A stretch of DNA of 64,000 nucleotides from Alphaproteobacteria bacterium (GTDB taxonomy: Bacteria; Pseudomonadota; Alphaproteobacteria; Methylaequorales; Methylaequoraceae). The DNA lies in the NCBI GenBank assembly GCA_045563025.1, contig JBJKUS010000005.1, positions 34,718-98,717 of the forward strand, read 5' to 3'. Position numbers and translations under genes: made by a program. The notes beneath the pieces are model-generated. The model searched no databases. It was not told the DNA's origin and was given only the letters and a program-made list of their open reading frames with translations. Position 1 is the first letter of the stretch. Each line of letters opens with the position of its first letter. This document shows, in pieces, positions 39,819 through 50,374 of the stretch.

Positions 39819-42800
39819 ATATTTCAGAGTTTTTTATAAAAAAACCAGTTTTTTGTTTAGTTCTTTCCATTTTTTTAATTTTAGTTGGCTATCTCTCTCT
39901 TGAAAAACTCCCTCTTAGACAATTCCCAGATACTGAACGTTCGGAGATAACAATTGATACTGTTTATCCAGGAGCCTCTTCAAGCATAGTTGAAACTAAG
40001 ATTACTGAAATAATAGAAGCACAAATAAGTGGTATTGATGGAATTGAATCAATTTCTTCAGTAAGTAGAGACGGTAGATCAAAGATTACAATAGAATTTA
40101 TTGTAGATAAAAAAATTGATGAAGCTGCTAATGATATAAGGGATGCAGTTTCAAGAATTTTAGAAAACCTTCCTAAAGATTCAAATCCCCCAGAAATCTC
40201 TAAAATTGATTCAGACAGCAATCCTGTGATGTGGCTAAATTTAACCTCTGATGACATAAATCAATTAGAATTAACAGATTATGCGGAAAGATATTTAGTA
40301 GATAGATTATCAGTGATTCCTGGTGTTGCAAAAGTGAGAATTTCAGGAGGGAAAAAAAAATCACTCAGAGTATGGTTAGATCCAATCGCCCTTTCACAAT
40401 ATAAAGTTTCTGTGATAGATATTGAAAAAAAACTGTTAGAAGAAAATGTCGAAATCCCAGCTGGAAGGCTTGAATCAAAATACAGAGATTATACCGTAAA
40501 ATTAGAAAGTGGTTTTAAAACAGTTGAAGACTTTAGAAACTTGGTAATCAAAAAAGGTGAAGGATTTTCTTTTGTAAAATTAGGAGATGTTTCAAAGATT
40601 GAAATTGGTCCTGAGGAGACCAGACAATTATTTAGAGGAAATGCAGAAGAAATGATTGGTTTGGGTATATTAAAACAAACCTCTGCAAATCTAATAGATG
40701 TAACAGATTTAGTTAAGAAAGAATTTGAATTAATTGAAGAAAGTTTGCCATCAAACATAAAAATTTATAAAAGTTATGACACGTCATTATTTGTGGCTGA
40801 AGCTTTAAGGGAAGTTATTTTTACTTTATGTTTTGCAATAATCTTAGTAACGATAATTATTTTAATTTTTCTCAAAAATTTTAAAAGTACACTCATTCCT
40901 TTTTTAACAGTTCCAATATCAATTTTATCAACTTTTATTTTTTTAAATTTTTTCGGTTTTTCAATTAATCTTATTACGTTATTAGCACTAGTTTTATGTA
41001 CTGGACTAGTTATTGATGATTCAATTGTTATGTTAGAAAATATATATAAAAAAATTGAAGCAGGAGAGACAAAGTTAAATGCTGCAATAAATGGAGCAAA
41101 AGAAGTTTTCTTTGCAATCATCTCAACCTCGATTGTACTAATAAGTATTTTCATCCCAATAGTTTTCTTAGATGGTGACACTGCAAAACTTTTTAAGGAG
41201 TTGGCAATAACTATCATTGGAGCAGTATTTTTTTCAACACTTATTTCTTTAACTTTGACACCTATGCTTTGTTCAAGAATTATTGATAAAAAAATAAAAA
41301 ATAATAAAAGTAATTTTGAAAGTTTTTATCTAAATTCTCTTGAATTTTTTTTAAGAAGAGACTTCTTGATAATTTCTCTTATTGTAGGAATTATTGTTGG
41401 AATCTTTTATCTTACAAAGAATGTTTCAAAGGAATTGTCACCTCGAGAAGATAGAGGTGCTTTTTTTATGATTATGGAATCTCCAGAAGGAAGTACCTAT
41501 GAAAATACGGTTAATCAAATGTTAATCCTTGAAAGTAAATTAATGAAATTTAATTCAAACAATGAAGCTAATAGAATTCTTCTGAGGGTCCCAAGAAGTT
41601 TCTCAGGCACAGAAAATTTTAGTGATGGCATTGGTATTATTGTTTTAAACCATTGGGACAAAAGAAGAAGCATTTGGGAAATTATCGAAGAAATAAAAAA
41701 GATATCTACTGAGATTACTGATTCTAAAATCATTATTTTTCCTCCTAGAGGCCTTGGTCAACGAAGATCTGGTTCTCAACTTCAATTTGTTATTTCTGGT
41801 GATACTTATGAAAAAATTTTTGAGAATGTAAGTATTCTTATGGAAGAAATTGAAACGAATGATAATTTCTTGTTTTCTAGAATTGATTATAAAAAAAATA
41901 GGCCACAGTTGGAAATTCAAATAGATAAAGAGAAATCATTCGATCTAGGAATTTCTAATTACGAAATTGGAAGAACGCTTGAAATATTATTAGCTGGTAG
42001 AAAAATAAATACATTTATTGAAGATGGAGAAGAATATTATGTTATCCTTCAAGCAAAAAAAAGCAGTAGAGAAAATATAAAAGATCTCGGTTCATTTGAA
42101 GTAAAAACAATCGATGGAAACTTTGTTAGATTAGAAAATATTCTCCATTTCAAAGAGGTCGTTGAGGCAAAAGAATTAAATAGATTTAATAAAATGAGAT
42201 CAATAACAATTAGTGCTGGTCTAAAAAAAGGATATGCATTAGGAGAAGCAATTAAATATTTAGAAAATATTTCTGATGAAAAATTAAAAGGTGAATTCTT
42301 AATAGATTATAAAGGACAAAGTAAAGAGTATAAAAAATCAACTAATCAATTTAATTTCCTCTTTATAGTGTCACTTCTTTTTGTTTATCTTGTTTTAAGT
42401 GCTCAATTTGAAAGTTTTCGTTATCCTTTAATAATAATGCTATCAGTTCCCCTAACCTTGATATTTCCACTTTTGTCACTTTTTATATTCGAAAATTCAT
42501 TAAACATTTTTAGTCAAATTGGAATTATTATTTTAATGGGTATTGCAGCTAAAAACGGAATCTTAATTGTAGAATTTGCTAGACAGTTAAAAGTTAAAGG
42601 CGAAAGTTCCTATAATGCTTTGATCTCATCTTGTAAAAAGAGATTTCGACCAATTGTTATGACAGGTTTGTCGACAGTAGTTGGGATATTTCCTCTCATT
42701 ATTGGCTCTGGTGCTGGTTATGAGTCTAGACTAACAATCGGTATAGTTCTTATATCAGGAATAATTTTTTCTATTTTTTTAACTTTGTTTTTGACACCAT

Positions 42801-42832
42801 ATTTTTTTAAAATATTAGACAAAAAAGATTAA
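39815..42832 (+). CDS. RND efflux pump permease (AcrB/HAE1 family)
   Basis: 1005 aa with a 12-TM topology, two large periplasmic loops, and conserved TM4/TM10 Asp-containing segments (TGLVIDDSIVMLENI). Confidence 0.9.
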   Translation: MNISEFFIKKPVFCLVLSIFLILVGYLSLEKLPLRQFPDTERSEITIDTVYPGASSSIVETKITEIIEAQISGIDGIESISSVSRDGRSKITIEFIVDKKIDEAANDIRDAVSRILENLPKDSNPPEISKIDSDSNPVMWLNLTSDDINQLELTDYAERYLVDRLSVIPGVAKVRISGGKKKSLRVWLDPIALSQYKVSVIDIEKKLLEENVEIPAGRLESKYRDYTVKLESGFKTVEDFRNLVIKKGEGFSFVKLGDVSKIEIGPEETRQLFRGNAEEMIGLGILKQTSANLIDVTDLVKKEFELIEESLPSNIKIYKSYDTSLFVAEALREVIFTLCFAIILVTIIILIFLKNFKSTLIPFLTVPISILSTFIFLNFFGFSINLITLLALVLCTGLVIDDSIVMLENIYKKIEAGETKLNAAINGAKEVFFAIISTSIVLISIFIPIVFLDGDTAKLFKELAITIIGAVFFSTLISLTLTPMLCSRIIDKKIKNNKSNFESFYLNSLEFFLRRDFLIISLIVGIIVGIFYLTKNVSKELSPREDRGAFFMIMESPEGSTYENTVNQMLILESKLMKFNSNNEANRILLRVPRSFSGTENFSDGIGIIVLNHWDKRRSIWEIIEEIKKISTEITDSKIIIFPPRGLGQRRSGSQLQFVISGDTYEKIFENVSILMEEIETNDNFLFSRIDYKKNRPQLEIQIDKEKSFDLGISNYEIGRTLEILLAGRKINTFIEDGEEYYVILQAKKSSRENIKDLGSFEVKTIDGNFVRLENILHFKEVVEAKELNRFNKMRSITISAGLKKGYALGEAIKYLENISDEKLKGEFLIDYKGQSKEYKKSTNQFNFLFIVSLLFVYLVLSAQFESFRYPLIIMLSVPLTLIFPLLSLFIFENSLNIFSQIGIIILMGIAAKNGILIVEFARQLKVKGESSYNALISSCKKRFRPIVMTGLSTVVGIFPLIIGSGAGYESRLTIGIVLISGIIFSIFLTLFLTPYFFKILDKKD

Positions 42833-44469
42833 CAATATTTGAAGTTACTATTTCTAAAGAAATCAGTATTTACTTTAAAATCATCTACATCTAAAGAATA
42901 AAATCTATTAACCCAGCTCTGAAGGTCTTTGGTAATTGACCTTTCATATCTTATATCAACAGCTATTGTTGATGACTTGTGATATTTTAAAATCTTTCCG
43001 TTTCTTACAATTTCATTTCCATTTTTAAAAACATATTTAGCACTTTGAAACATCTGGTCTATTTTTTTCTTGGGATCATATACTGATATATCAGCAATAC
43101 AACCATCTCTTAGAGAGCCTCTATCTTTTAATCCCAAAATTTTTGCAGGAGATGATCTAGTCATTATTGCAATATCATACATTGAATAAGTTCTTTTAAT
43201 ATCTTTTAGAAAAGAAAATTTGAGAGATTCTTGGTTTATTTTACTTATTTTTTCAAGTCTAAATTCGTAATCCATTAACAATCTAAACAACTCTGGATAA
43301 CTTGTGAATGGAGCACCATTTGGGTGATCAGTAGTAAAAAATACTTTGGATGGATCTTTTATCATTAAAAAAATCTCAAGTCCTATTAACCATTGAAGAG
43401 AGTTTACAAAATTTTTGCTTTTGTATTCATACGGAACTATACCTCCTCCTCCGTCTTCCACCTCATTAATTATCCATTTTTTGGGATTAGCATTATTTCT
43501 AGCTTCATACTGTCTAAGAATATCTGATGAAATCGTAACAGTTGGTTTAAACATAACCTGACCAACGTCAACAGTAATATTTTTATTTTTGTTAACTGCG
43601 TCAGCAAGTTGAACAGACCCTGATGAAAAACCTCTTTTTCCCTCATTATCGTATCCATAAAATTGGACATGTGCCAAATGCATTCTTCTACCCTCTGCAG
43701 TTTTTATTGTTTCGAGAATTGTTTTAATATTTCCTGGCACTCCTAAGTTATTGCAATGAACATGCAGGGGGTGTTTAATTTTTAAATCTTCATTAGCTTT
43801 ATTTAGTGCAGTTAAGATTTGTCTCGATGTGACACCATAACTTGGAACCACATCATCTAAGTCAAAAGTTTCACCACCTTTTTTAAAAAATTCTGCTCCT
43901 CCTGCATTAATTACCTTTAAACCCAGACACTTTGTTGAGTTTAATGTGTAGGCGACATAGTCATTTAAAAAATTTTGACCTTTCTTTTTGTGCATACTTT
44001 CAAGTAAAAAACTATCATTACCAAGGATAGCCAAGCCTGCCTTGTCAATCATCGGTATTTTCTCAAGTTCTAAGTGAGTTAAAAATGAGTTTATAGGAAG
44101 CACTGCTGGCTCTACTACAGTTGTAAAACCCATTTCAGCATATCTATACCCAGTTCCATCTGACGTCCAACGAGAATTAAATCCAGGAAGATTTTTTTTT
44201 CTATTTAGATTCTGCTTTAAAAAATTTGAATGAATTTCAGGTGATAATAATCTGGCATTATTAACATTTCCTCCAGCAATATGTGAATGTATATCAATTG
44301 CTCCAGCCATTACTATTAAATCCGTTGCATCATATACTGTTTTAAACTTATAAAATTCAGACGGATTTGGTTTAACAATTATTCCGTTATCGACATAAAT
44401 ATCAGTTTTGTTTCCATTTAAATTTTGGGTAGGGTCAAAAACTTTTCCGTTGATGATTTTAAATTTCAT
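42829..44469 (-). CDS. amidohydrolase-superfamily protein, formylmethanofuran dehydrogenase subunit A (FwdA)-like
   Basis: 546 aa; the metal-binding HxH motif (IDIHSHIAGG) lies in a TIM-barrel amidohydrolase context typical of FwdA-like proteins. Confidence 0.7.
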   Translation of the reverse strand: MKFKIINGKVFDPTQNLNGNKTDIYVDNGIIVKPNPSEFYKFKTVYDATDLIVMAGAIDIHSHIAGGNVNNARLLSPEIHSNFLKQNLNRKKNLPGFNSRWTSDGTGYRYAEMGFTTVVEPAVLPINSFLTHLELEKIPMIDKAGLAILGNDSFLLESMHKKKGQNFLNDYVAYTLNSTKCLGLKVINAGGAEFFKKGGETFDLDDVVPSYGVTSRQILTALNKANEDLKIKHPLHVHCNNLGVPGNIKTILETIKTAEGRRMHLAHVQFYGYDNEGKRGFSSGSVQLADAVNKNKNITVDVGQVMFKPTVTISSDILRQYEARNNANPKKWIINEVEDGGGGIVPYEYKSKNFVNSLQWLIGLEIFLMIKDPSKVFFTTDHPNGAPFTSYPELFRLLMDYEFRLEKISKINQESLKFSFLKDIKRTYSMYDIAIMTRSSPAKILGLKDRGSLRDGCIADISVYDPKKKIDQMFQSAKYVFKNGNEIVRNGKILKYHKSSTIAVDIRYERSITKDLQSWVNRFYSLDVDDFKVNTDFFRNSNFKYC

Positions 44470-44552
44470 TTTGTACTTTTTAAAATTAGTAGTATTAAAT
44501 ATATAGCTTTTTGTTTTAATAATACATATATTAATAACTTACAAGTAAGAGA

Positions 44553-45161
44553 ATGGATTCAATAGTTACAAAAAAAACGCTTAGAGACGCTTTGGATAAA
44601 AGAGTATCTAGAGAAGATGCTGAAAAAGCTGTTGAAACACTTATCAAATGGGCTGGGGATAATCCTAAGAGAGAAGGTCTTAAGGAAACCCCAAAAAGAG
44701 TTATCAAAGCTTTTGAAGAGTTTTTCTCTGGATATAAAGAGTCTCCAGAGGATTATTTATCCAAAACCTTTGAAGATGTTCAGGGGTATGAGGATATTGT
44801 TATGCTTAAAGACATTGCCTTTAATTCTCATTGCGAACATCACATGGTTCCAATCGAGGGAAAAGTTCATCTAGCATATATTCCAGTAAAAAAAGTTGTT
44901 GGAATTTCAAAATTAGCAAGGGTAGTTGACATCTTTGCAAAACGCCTCCAAACTCAAGAAACAATGACCCAACAGATTGCTAATTGTGTTTTTAACGCCT
45001 TAAAACCAAAAGGTGTTGCTGTTTACATCGAAGCTATCCATCAATGTATGACAACAAGGGGCGTGATGAAACCTAATGTCTCAACAATCACTAACTGTTT
45101 TTTAGGAAATTTCAAGGAACAGATAGATCTTCAAGAAAGATTCAATAATTATTTCAAATAG
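44553..45161 (+). CDS. folE: GTP cyclohydrolase I
   Basis: 202 aa with the CEHHMVP zinc-binding motif and a QERL-like C-terminus. Confidence 0.95.
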   Translation: MDSIVTKKTLRDALDKRVSREDAEKAVETLIKWAGDNPKREGLKETPKRVIKAFEEFFSGYKESPEDYLSKTFEDVQGYEDIVMLKDIAFNSHCEHHMVPIEGKVHLAYIPVKKVVGISKLARVVDIFAKRLQTQETMTQQIANCVFNALKPKGVAVYIEAIHQCMTTRGVMKPNVSTITNCFLGNFKEQIDLQERFNNYFK

Positions 45162-45635
45162 ATGAAAATTATTTTTGGGAACAGGAAGTCAGTCGAAGAA
45201 GTTGAAGAAGGAAATGAACTTCAACCCAAATTTGACAATCAGGGTCTAATTCCAGCTATCACTGTTGAATATAATTCGAACGAAATCCTTATGCATGGAT
45301 ATATGAATGAAGAGGCTTTAAGGTTGTCTATAGAAACAAAAAAAGCACATTATTGGTCAAGAAGTAGAAAATCTATCTGGAAAAAAGGTGAAGTTAGCGG
45401 ACTTTATCAAACTATAAAACAAATTAAAATCGATGACGATCAAGATTGTATTATACTTTTTGTGGATCTTGAAGGACTTCAGGCGAGTTGTCATGTTGGA
45501 TATAAATCTTGTTTTTACAGAGAAATATCAAAAAAAAATGATAACTTCTCCGGTAAATTAAAGTTTACTGAAAATGAAAAGGTATTCGATCCAAAGAAGA
45601 TCTACGGTGATACTCCTAATCCAACAAAACTTTAA
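45162..45635 (+). CDS. hisI: phosphoribosyl-AMP cyclohydrolase
   Basis: 157 aa; the HisI core (LIPAITVEY..., DCDQD-like DDDQDCIILFVDLEGLQASCHVGYKSCFY) has a roughly 25 aa N-terminal extension. The start abuts the folE stop (TAGATG). Confidence 0.85.
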   Translation: MKIIFGNRKSVEEVEEGNELQPKFDNQGLIPAITVEYNSNEILMHGYMNEEALRLSIETKKAHYWSRSRKSIWKKGEVSGLYQTIKQIKIDDDQDCIILFVDLEGLQASCHVGYKSCFYREISKKNDNFSGKLKFTENEKVFDPKKIYGDTPNPTKL

Positions 45636-45721
45636 TATTTTAACAGAAGTTTTAATCTAAAACTTTAAAAATACTTTGAAAATGTCAATTTCCTGATATT
45701 ATTAGATATGCATAAACTATT

Positions 45722-45727
45722 AGGAGG
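45722..45727 (+). promoter_or_regulatory. canonical Shine-Dalgarno sequence (AGGAGG), 7 nt upstream of the aldehyde dehydrogenase ATG
   Basis: Read directly as tAGGAGGaaattaaATG. Strong SD sequences are uncommon elsewhere in this window. Confidence 0.55.
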
Positions 45728-45734
45728 AAATTAA

Positions 45735-47252
45735 ATGGATGCTTCAGTATTAAACTATACAGTTAATGATAATGTTGGTGAATTTTTAAATAAAACTAAA
45801 CAACTATATATAAATGGTAAATGGGTAGACTCCGCTTCTGGTAAAACATTTGATGTTGAAGACCCCGCTACTGGAAAAAAAATTGCTACATGTTCAGCTG
45901 GTGACAAAAATGACATAGATGCCGCAGTTAAAGCAGCTAGGACAGCATTTGATTCAGGTGTTTGGACAAATATGCCAAATAACGAAAGAGGTAAAATTAT
46001 ATGGAAGATGGGAGATTTGATTGAAAAGCACGGTCAGGAATTAGCACAACTTGAGTCTTTAGATAATGGTAAACCTGTGGCCGTTGCTGGAGCAGCAGAT
46101 GTTCCATTATCTGCTGATATTTGTAGATATATGGCTGGTTGGGCGACCAAAATTGAAGGGAATACAATCCCATATTCTTGTCTTTATACTCCAGGAACGC
46201 AATATCATAGCTATACATTAAGAGAGCCTGTTGGTGTATGTGGTCAGATCATACCTTGGAATTTTCCACTTTTAATGGCCGCCTGGAAAATTGCTCCAGC
46301 ATTAACCGCTGGTTGCACGGTTATTATGAAACCTGCAGAACAAACCCCTTTATCCGCCTTAAGATTGATGGAAATAATAAATGATGCTGGTATATTACCA
46401 GATGGTGTACTTAATATGGTTACTGGTTTTGGTGAAGAAGCCGGAGCACCTTTGGCCGAACATCCAATGGTTGATAAGGTAGCTTTTACTGGTTCAACAG
46501 AAGTTGGAAAGATTATTACAAGAGCTGCATCCGGTAATTTGAAAAAAGTATCTTTAGAGCTTGGTGGTAAGTCACCTACAATTATATTTCCTGACGCTGA
46601 CATTGATGCTGCAATAGCTGGTGCTGCATCAGCAATATTTTTTAATCATGGTCAATGTTGCTGCGCCGGCTCAAGGTTATTTGCTCATGAGAAAATCTTT
46701 GACAAAGTGTCTGAAGGTATAGCAAAAATAGCAGAGAATATTAAAGTTGGACCAGGCATGGATACATCAACTGAAATGGGTCCTCTAGTTTCTGACGAGC
46801 AGTTCAAAAAAGTCTCAGGATATATTGAGTCAGGGAAATCTGAAGGTGGCGAAATTGTTGCAGGAGGCAAATACGATAACTCGAGTGGAGGACATTTTGT
46901 TCATCCAACAGTATTTGCTAAAACTAATGCAGATATGACTCTTGTCAAAGAAGAAATTTTTGGCCCAGTAGTATGCGCGCAACCATTTTCTGATGAGAAT
47001 TTAGAAAAAATTGCCGCAGAAGCCAATAATACATCCTTTGGTCTTGCAGCAAGTGTTTGGACTAAAAATATCAGTGTTGCACATAAACTTGCATCTAAAA
47101 TCCGAGCTGGAACAGTTTGGGTTAACTGCCATAATATTTTTGATGCCTCTCTTCCATTTGGTGGTTATAAAGAGTCAGGTTGGGGCAGAGAAATGGGTCA
47201 TGAAGTTCTAAAAAACTACACTGAAGTTAAAGCTGTTACTGTTAGCTTATAG
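45735..47252 (+). CDS. NAD(P)-dependent aldehyde dehydrogenase
   Basis: 505 aa with the catalytic Cys (FFNHGQCCCAGSR), the Glu motif (ELGGKSP) and the GxGxxxG-like NAD site (FTGSTEVG). Confidence 0.9.
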   Translation: MDASVLNYTVNDNVGEFLNKTKQLYINGKWVDSASGKTFDVEDPATGKKIATCSAGDKNDIDAAVKAARTAFDSGVWTNMPNNERGKIIWKMGDLIEKHGQELAQLESLDNGKPVAVAGAADVPLSADICRYMAGWATKIEGNTIPYSCLYTPGTQYHSYTLREPVGVCGQIIPWNFPLLMAAWKIAPALTAGCTVIMKPAEQTPLSALRLMEIINDAGILPDGVLNMVTGFGEEAGAPLAEHPMVDKVAFTGSTEVGKIITRAASGNLKKVSLELGGKSPTIIFPDADIDAAIAGAASAIFFNHGQCCCAGSRLFAHEKIFDKVSEGIAKIAENIKVGPGMDTSTEMGPLVSDEQFKKVSGYIESGKSEGGEIVAGGKYDNSSGGHFVHPTVFAKTNADMTLVKEEIFGPVVCAQPFSDENLEKIAAEANNTSFGLAASVWTKNISVAHKLASKIRAGTVWVNCHNIFDASLPFGGYKESGWGREMGHEVLKNYTEVKAVTVSL

Positions 47253-47264
47253 TAGGTTTAAAAA

Positions 47265-47294
47265 AGCCAGATTCACAAAGTCTGGCTTTTTTTA
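47265..47294 (+). terminator. rho-independent terminator
   Basis: A stem AGCCAGA/TCTGGCT with a 9 nt loop is followed by T7 and preceded by A6, 12 nt after the aldehyde dehydrogenase stop. The symmetric A/T flanks suggest it could act in either direction. Confidence 0.6.
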
Positions 47295-47299
47295 ATGCT

Positions 47300-47578
47300 A
47301 TGGATAATTCAAATTCTTCGTCCAACTTTAAAAAACTTGTCTTTTTCAACCAATTAGTAAGTTTTTCTCTTTCTTTTATTATACTAACACTTTATTTTTC
47401 ATTCATTTTAATCATAGGTTTTTACCCAAATATTTTTCATATTTTTATTTTCAAAAGCTCCATAACTTTTGGAATTGCACTTGGGTTATTCATAATTTTA
47501 ATTTCAATTTTTTTAACTCTTATTTATGTAATTATTTCAAATCTCTTTTTGGATAAATTAAAAGAGCATAATGAGTAA
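47300..47578 (+). CDS. DUF485 (YjcH-like) small membrane protein, companion of ActP
   Basis: 92 aa with two TM helices; the pattern resembles YjcH (YF.FIL.I.F.P......IT.GI..G...I..S.FLT.IYV). It overlaps the actP start by 8 nt. Confidence 0.7.
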   Translation: MDNSNSSSNFKKLVFFNQLVSFSLSFIILTLYFSFILIIGFYPNIFHIFIFKSSITFGIALGLFIILISIFLTLIYVIISNLFLDKLKEHNE

Positions 47579-49175
47579 AGTTTTCTTAATTTTCACTTTA
47601 TTACTAACTTTTCCAAATCTAAGTTTTGCTTCAGAAAATATAAGCGCAAATTATGCTGGAGTAATTTTTGCTTTATTTGTTTTTGTAACGCTATTAATCA
47701 CTTTTTTTGCATCAAAAAAGTCAAGTAGTAAAAGCAATTATTATGCAGCCGGTGAAAAAATATCTGGATTTCAAAATGGTTTAGCAATTGCAGGAGATTA
47801 TATGTCTGCAGCTTCATTTCTTGGCATTTCAGGATTAGTATTTTTTTCAGGTTTTGATGGTTTAATCTATTCAATAGGTTTTTTGGTTGGCTGGCCAATA
47901 ATTTTGTTTTTGATTGCTGAAAAATTAAAAAATTTAGGTAAATTTACATTTGCTGATGTAACGTCCTTAAGACTCAAACAATCAAAAATCAGAATTCTTG
48001 CAGCAGCTGGGACACTTTTTACTGTAATCTTTTATTTGATTGCACAAATGGTTGGTGCTGGATCCTTAATTCAAATATTATTCGATCTTCCTTATTCTTT
48101 TGCTATTTGGATTGTTGGAATTTTAATGATAATTTATGTAAGCTTTGGAGGAATGATTGCAACTACTTGGGTTCAAATTATAAAAGCTTTTTTGTTATTA
48201 TTTGGAGCCTCAATTCTCGCATATTTTGTCTTGGATAATTTCTCATTTAGTCTTAACAATTTATTGAATGAAGCTACAAATATACATCCAAGTAAAGATC
48301 TAATTCTATATCCAGGAAAATTAATATCTGATCCAATTTCAGCAATTTCTTTGGGTGTAGCCTTGATTTTTGGGACAGCTGGCCTGCCTCATATTTTAAT
48401 GAGATTTTTTACCGTTCCTGACGCTAAAAGTGCTAGGGTCTCAGCATTTTATGCAACTACTTTTATTGGTTATTTTTATATTTTAACATTTGTAATAGGT
48501 TTTGGTGCTATAGTATATTTGACCAACAATCCTATATATATTGATCAAAATAATAACCTTATTGGTTCAAATAATATGGCAGCTGTTCACTTATCACATG
48601 CCTTGGGTGGAGATATTTTCTTGGGCTTCATTTCAGCAGTTGCCTTTGCAACAATTTTGGCAGTAGTTTCAGGTCTCACTTTAGCAGGTGCTTCAGCAAT
48701 TGGAAGAGATCTTTATGTTTATGTATTGAACAATGGTGAGGCAGATGAAAACAAAGAAATTTTTGTTTCAAAACTCTCTTCAGTCTTCATTGGAATTTTA
48801 GCAATTATTTTAGGTATTATTTTTCAAGGTCAGAATGTAGCCTTTCTTGTTGGGCTAGCATTTGCTATTGCAGCAAGTACAAATTTTCCAATTTTAATAC
48901 TTTCAATTTTATGGAAAGGCTTAACAACCAATGGTGCTTTTTATGGAGGGCTTATTGGACTCTTTACTGCAATTATTTTAGTTGTATTAAGCCCTACAAT
49001 ATGGGTTGAAATATTTAAATTTGAAAATGCAATTTTTCCTTACAAATACCCTGGTCTATTCTCAATGACAGCCAGCTTTCTTTCAATTTTTTTAATTTCT
49101 AAAATTGATAAGAAAAATATTGATGAGAATAAATTTTATTTGCTAACAAAACAAGCTTACTTTGGAAGAAAATAA
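47571..49175 (+). CDS. actP: cation/acetate symporter (sodium:solute symporter family)
   Basis: 534 aa with long identical stretches to E. coli ActP ([64 protein letters not shown]). Confidence 0.9.
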   Translation: MSKVFLIFTLLLTFPNLSFASENISANYAGVIFALFVFVTLLITFFASKKSSSKSNYYAAGEKISGFQNGLAIAGDYMSAASFLGISGLVFFSGFDGLIYSIGFLVGWPIILFLIAEKLKNLGKFTFADVTSLRLKQSKIRILAAAGTLFTVIFYLIAQMVGAGSLIQILFDLPYSFAIWIVGILMIIYVSFGGMIATTWVQIIKAFLLLFGASILAYFVLDNFSFSLNNLLNEATNIHPSKDLILYPGKLISDPISAISLGVALIFGTAGLPHILMRFFTVPDAKSARVSAFYATTFIGYFYILTFVIGFGAIVYLTNNPIYIDQNNNLIGSNNMAAVHLSHALGGDIFLGFISAVAFATILAVVSGLTLAGASAIGRDLYVYVLNNGEADENKEIFVSKLSSVFIGILAIILGIIFQGQNVAFLVGLAFAIAASTNFPILILSILWKGLTTNGAFYGGLIGLFTAIILVVLSPTIWVEIFKFENAIFPYKYPGLFSMTASFLSIFLISKIDKKNIDENKFYLLTKQAYFGRK

Positions 49176-49451
49176 TTGCTTTTTTTTGATCTAGATAAAC
49201 CCAATCCACAAGAAATAAAAAAATGGATGGAAAAAAATGAATTTTCTATTAAAAGTGCTTCAGATGCATTAGGAGTCAGCAAACGTCAATTTTCTAGGTT
49301 TTTATCAGGAGAAACTGAAGCTAAAAGAGTACACTCACTGGCTATGCAAATGATATGGTTAATTAATGAAAATAAAAAAAATATCTTAGATGAAAGTGAA
49401 AAAAAGAATAATGCCAAAGGTTCAAAAAGGATTTCTATTCCAATAAAATAA
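49176..49451 (+). CDS. small helix-turn-helix protein, putative regulator
   Basis: 91 aa with an HTH-like segment (SIKSASDALGVSKRQFSRFLSGE). It starts 1 nt after the actP stop. Confidence 0.4.
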   Translation: MLFFDLDKPNPQEIKKWMEKNEFSIKSASDALGVSKRQFSRFLSGETEAKRVHSLAMQMIWLINENKKNILDESEKKNNAKGSKRISIPIK

Positions 49452-49456
49452 ATGTA

Positions 49457-50374
49457 TCAATCCTTAAACAATAGAAAGTTTAACCGTTTATTTTCGAATC
49501 TTATTTTTTTTATACTATCCAGAATTAAACCACAAAAAAAACTTAAGAATGATATGACCATTAATAATCCAGATAAAATTGCTGATGGAAACCTTTCAAC
49601 TAGACCAGTAATATAAAACTCAAAAATTATTGGGAGTCCAATGGACAATGAAAAAATAAAGAAAAATAAACTAAATAATGAAAAAAATAAAAGAGGCTTC
49701 TCATCCTTAATCATTATTAAAATAAGTCTAAGTATTTTAAAACCGTCTTTGTATGTATTTAGTTTACTTAATGATCCTGGAGGACGAGCTTTATATTTAC
49801 AATTAAATTCTCCCACTCTAGTTTTTTGTTCAAGAGCATGAATTGTAAGCTCAGCCTCAATCTCAAATTCTGAAGAATTCTGGGGAAATGTTTTTACAAA
49901 TCTTTTTGAAAAAATTCTAAAACCAGAAAAAATATCTGAAATTTTATTACCAAAACAAAAATTAACGAATTTTGTAAAAAAAAAATTTCCGACAACATGT
50001 CCCTTTCTATATGCTTCAGAATCAGTATGTATTCTTTTTGCAACTAACATATCAAACTTCTCGCTTATCATTTTTTTTAATGCTTCAGAAATTTGACTAA
50101 CATCATAGGTGTTATCAGCATCTATCATAATAAAATAATTAGCATCAATTTCATCTGAAAACATTCTTCTAACAACATTCCCTTTTCCTCTTTTTTTTTC
50201 AATAACAATTACTGCTCCACTTTTTTTTGCCACAGTTATCGAATTATCTGAAGAATCATTGTCATAAACGATAATTTTTGCAGATGGCAGTTTTTTTTTT
50301 ATATCCTTAACTACAATTCCTATTGTCTTTTCCTCGTTTAAGCAAGGTATCTGGACAACAACTTTATTCCTCAT
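49457..50374 (-). CDS. family 2 glycosyltransferase (polyprenyl-phosphate sugar transferase-like) with C-terminal TM helices
   Basis: 305 aa; the GT-A N-terminus (VQIPCLNEEKTIGIVV, YDNDSSDNS, IDADN) is followed by two C-terminal TM helices, as in the GtrB/DPM1/ArnC family. Confidence 0.8.
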   Translation of the reverse strand: MRNKVVVQIPCLNEEKTIGIVVKDIKKKLPSAKIIVYDNDSSDNSITVAKKSGAVIVIEKKRGKGNVVRRMFSDEIDANYFIMIDADNTYDVSQISEALKKMISEKFDMLVAKRIHTDSEAYRKGHVVGNFFFTKFVNFCFGNKISDIFSGFRIFSKRFVKTFPQNSSEFEIEAELTIHALEQKTRVGEFNCKYKARPPGSLSKLNTYKDGFKILRLILIMIKDEKPLLFFSLFSLFFFIFSLSIGLPIIFEFYITGLVERFPSAILSGLLMVISFLSFFCGLILDSIKKIRFENKRLNFLLFKD

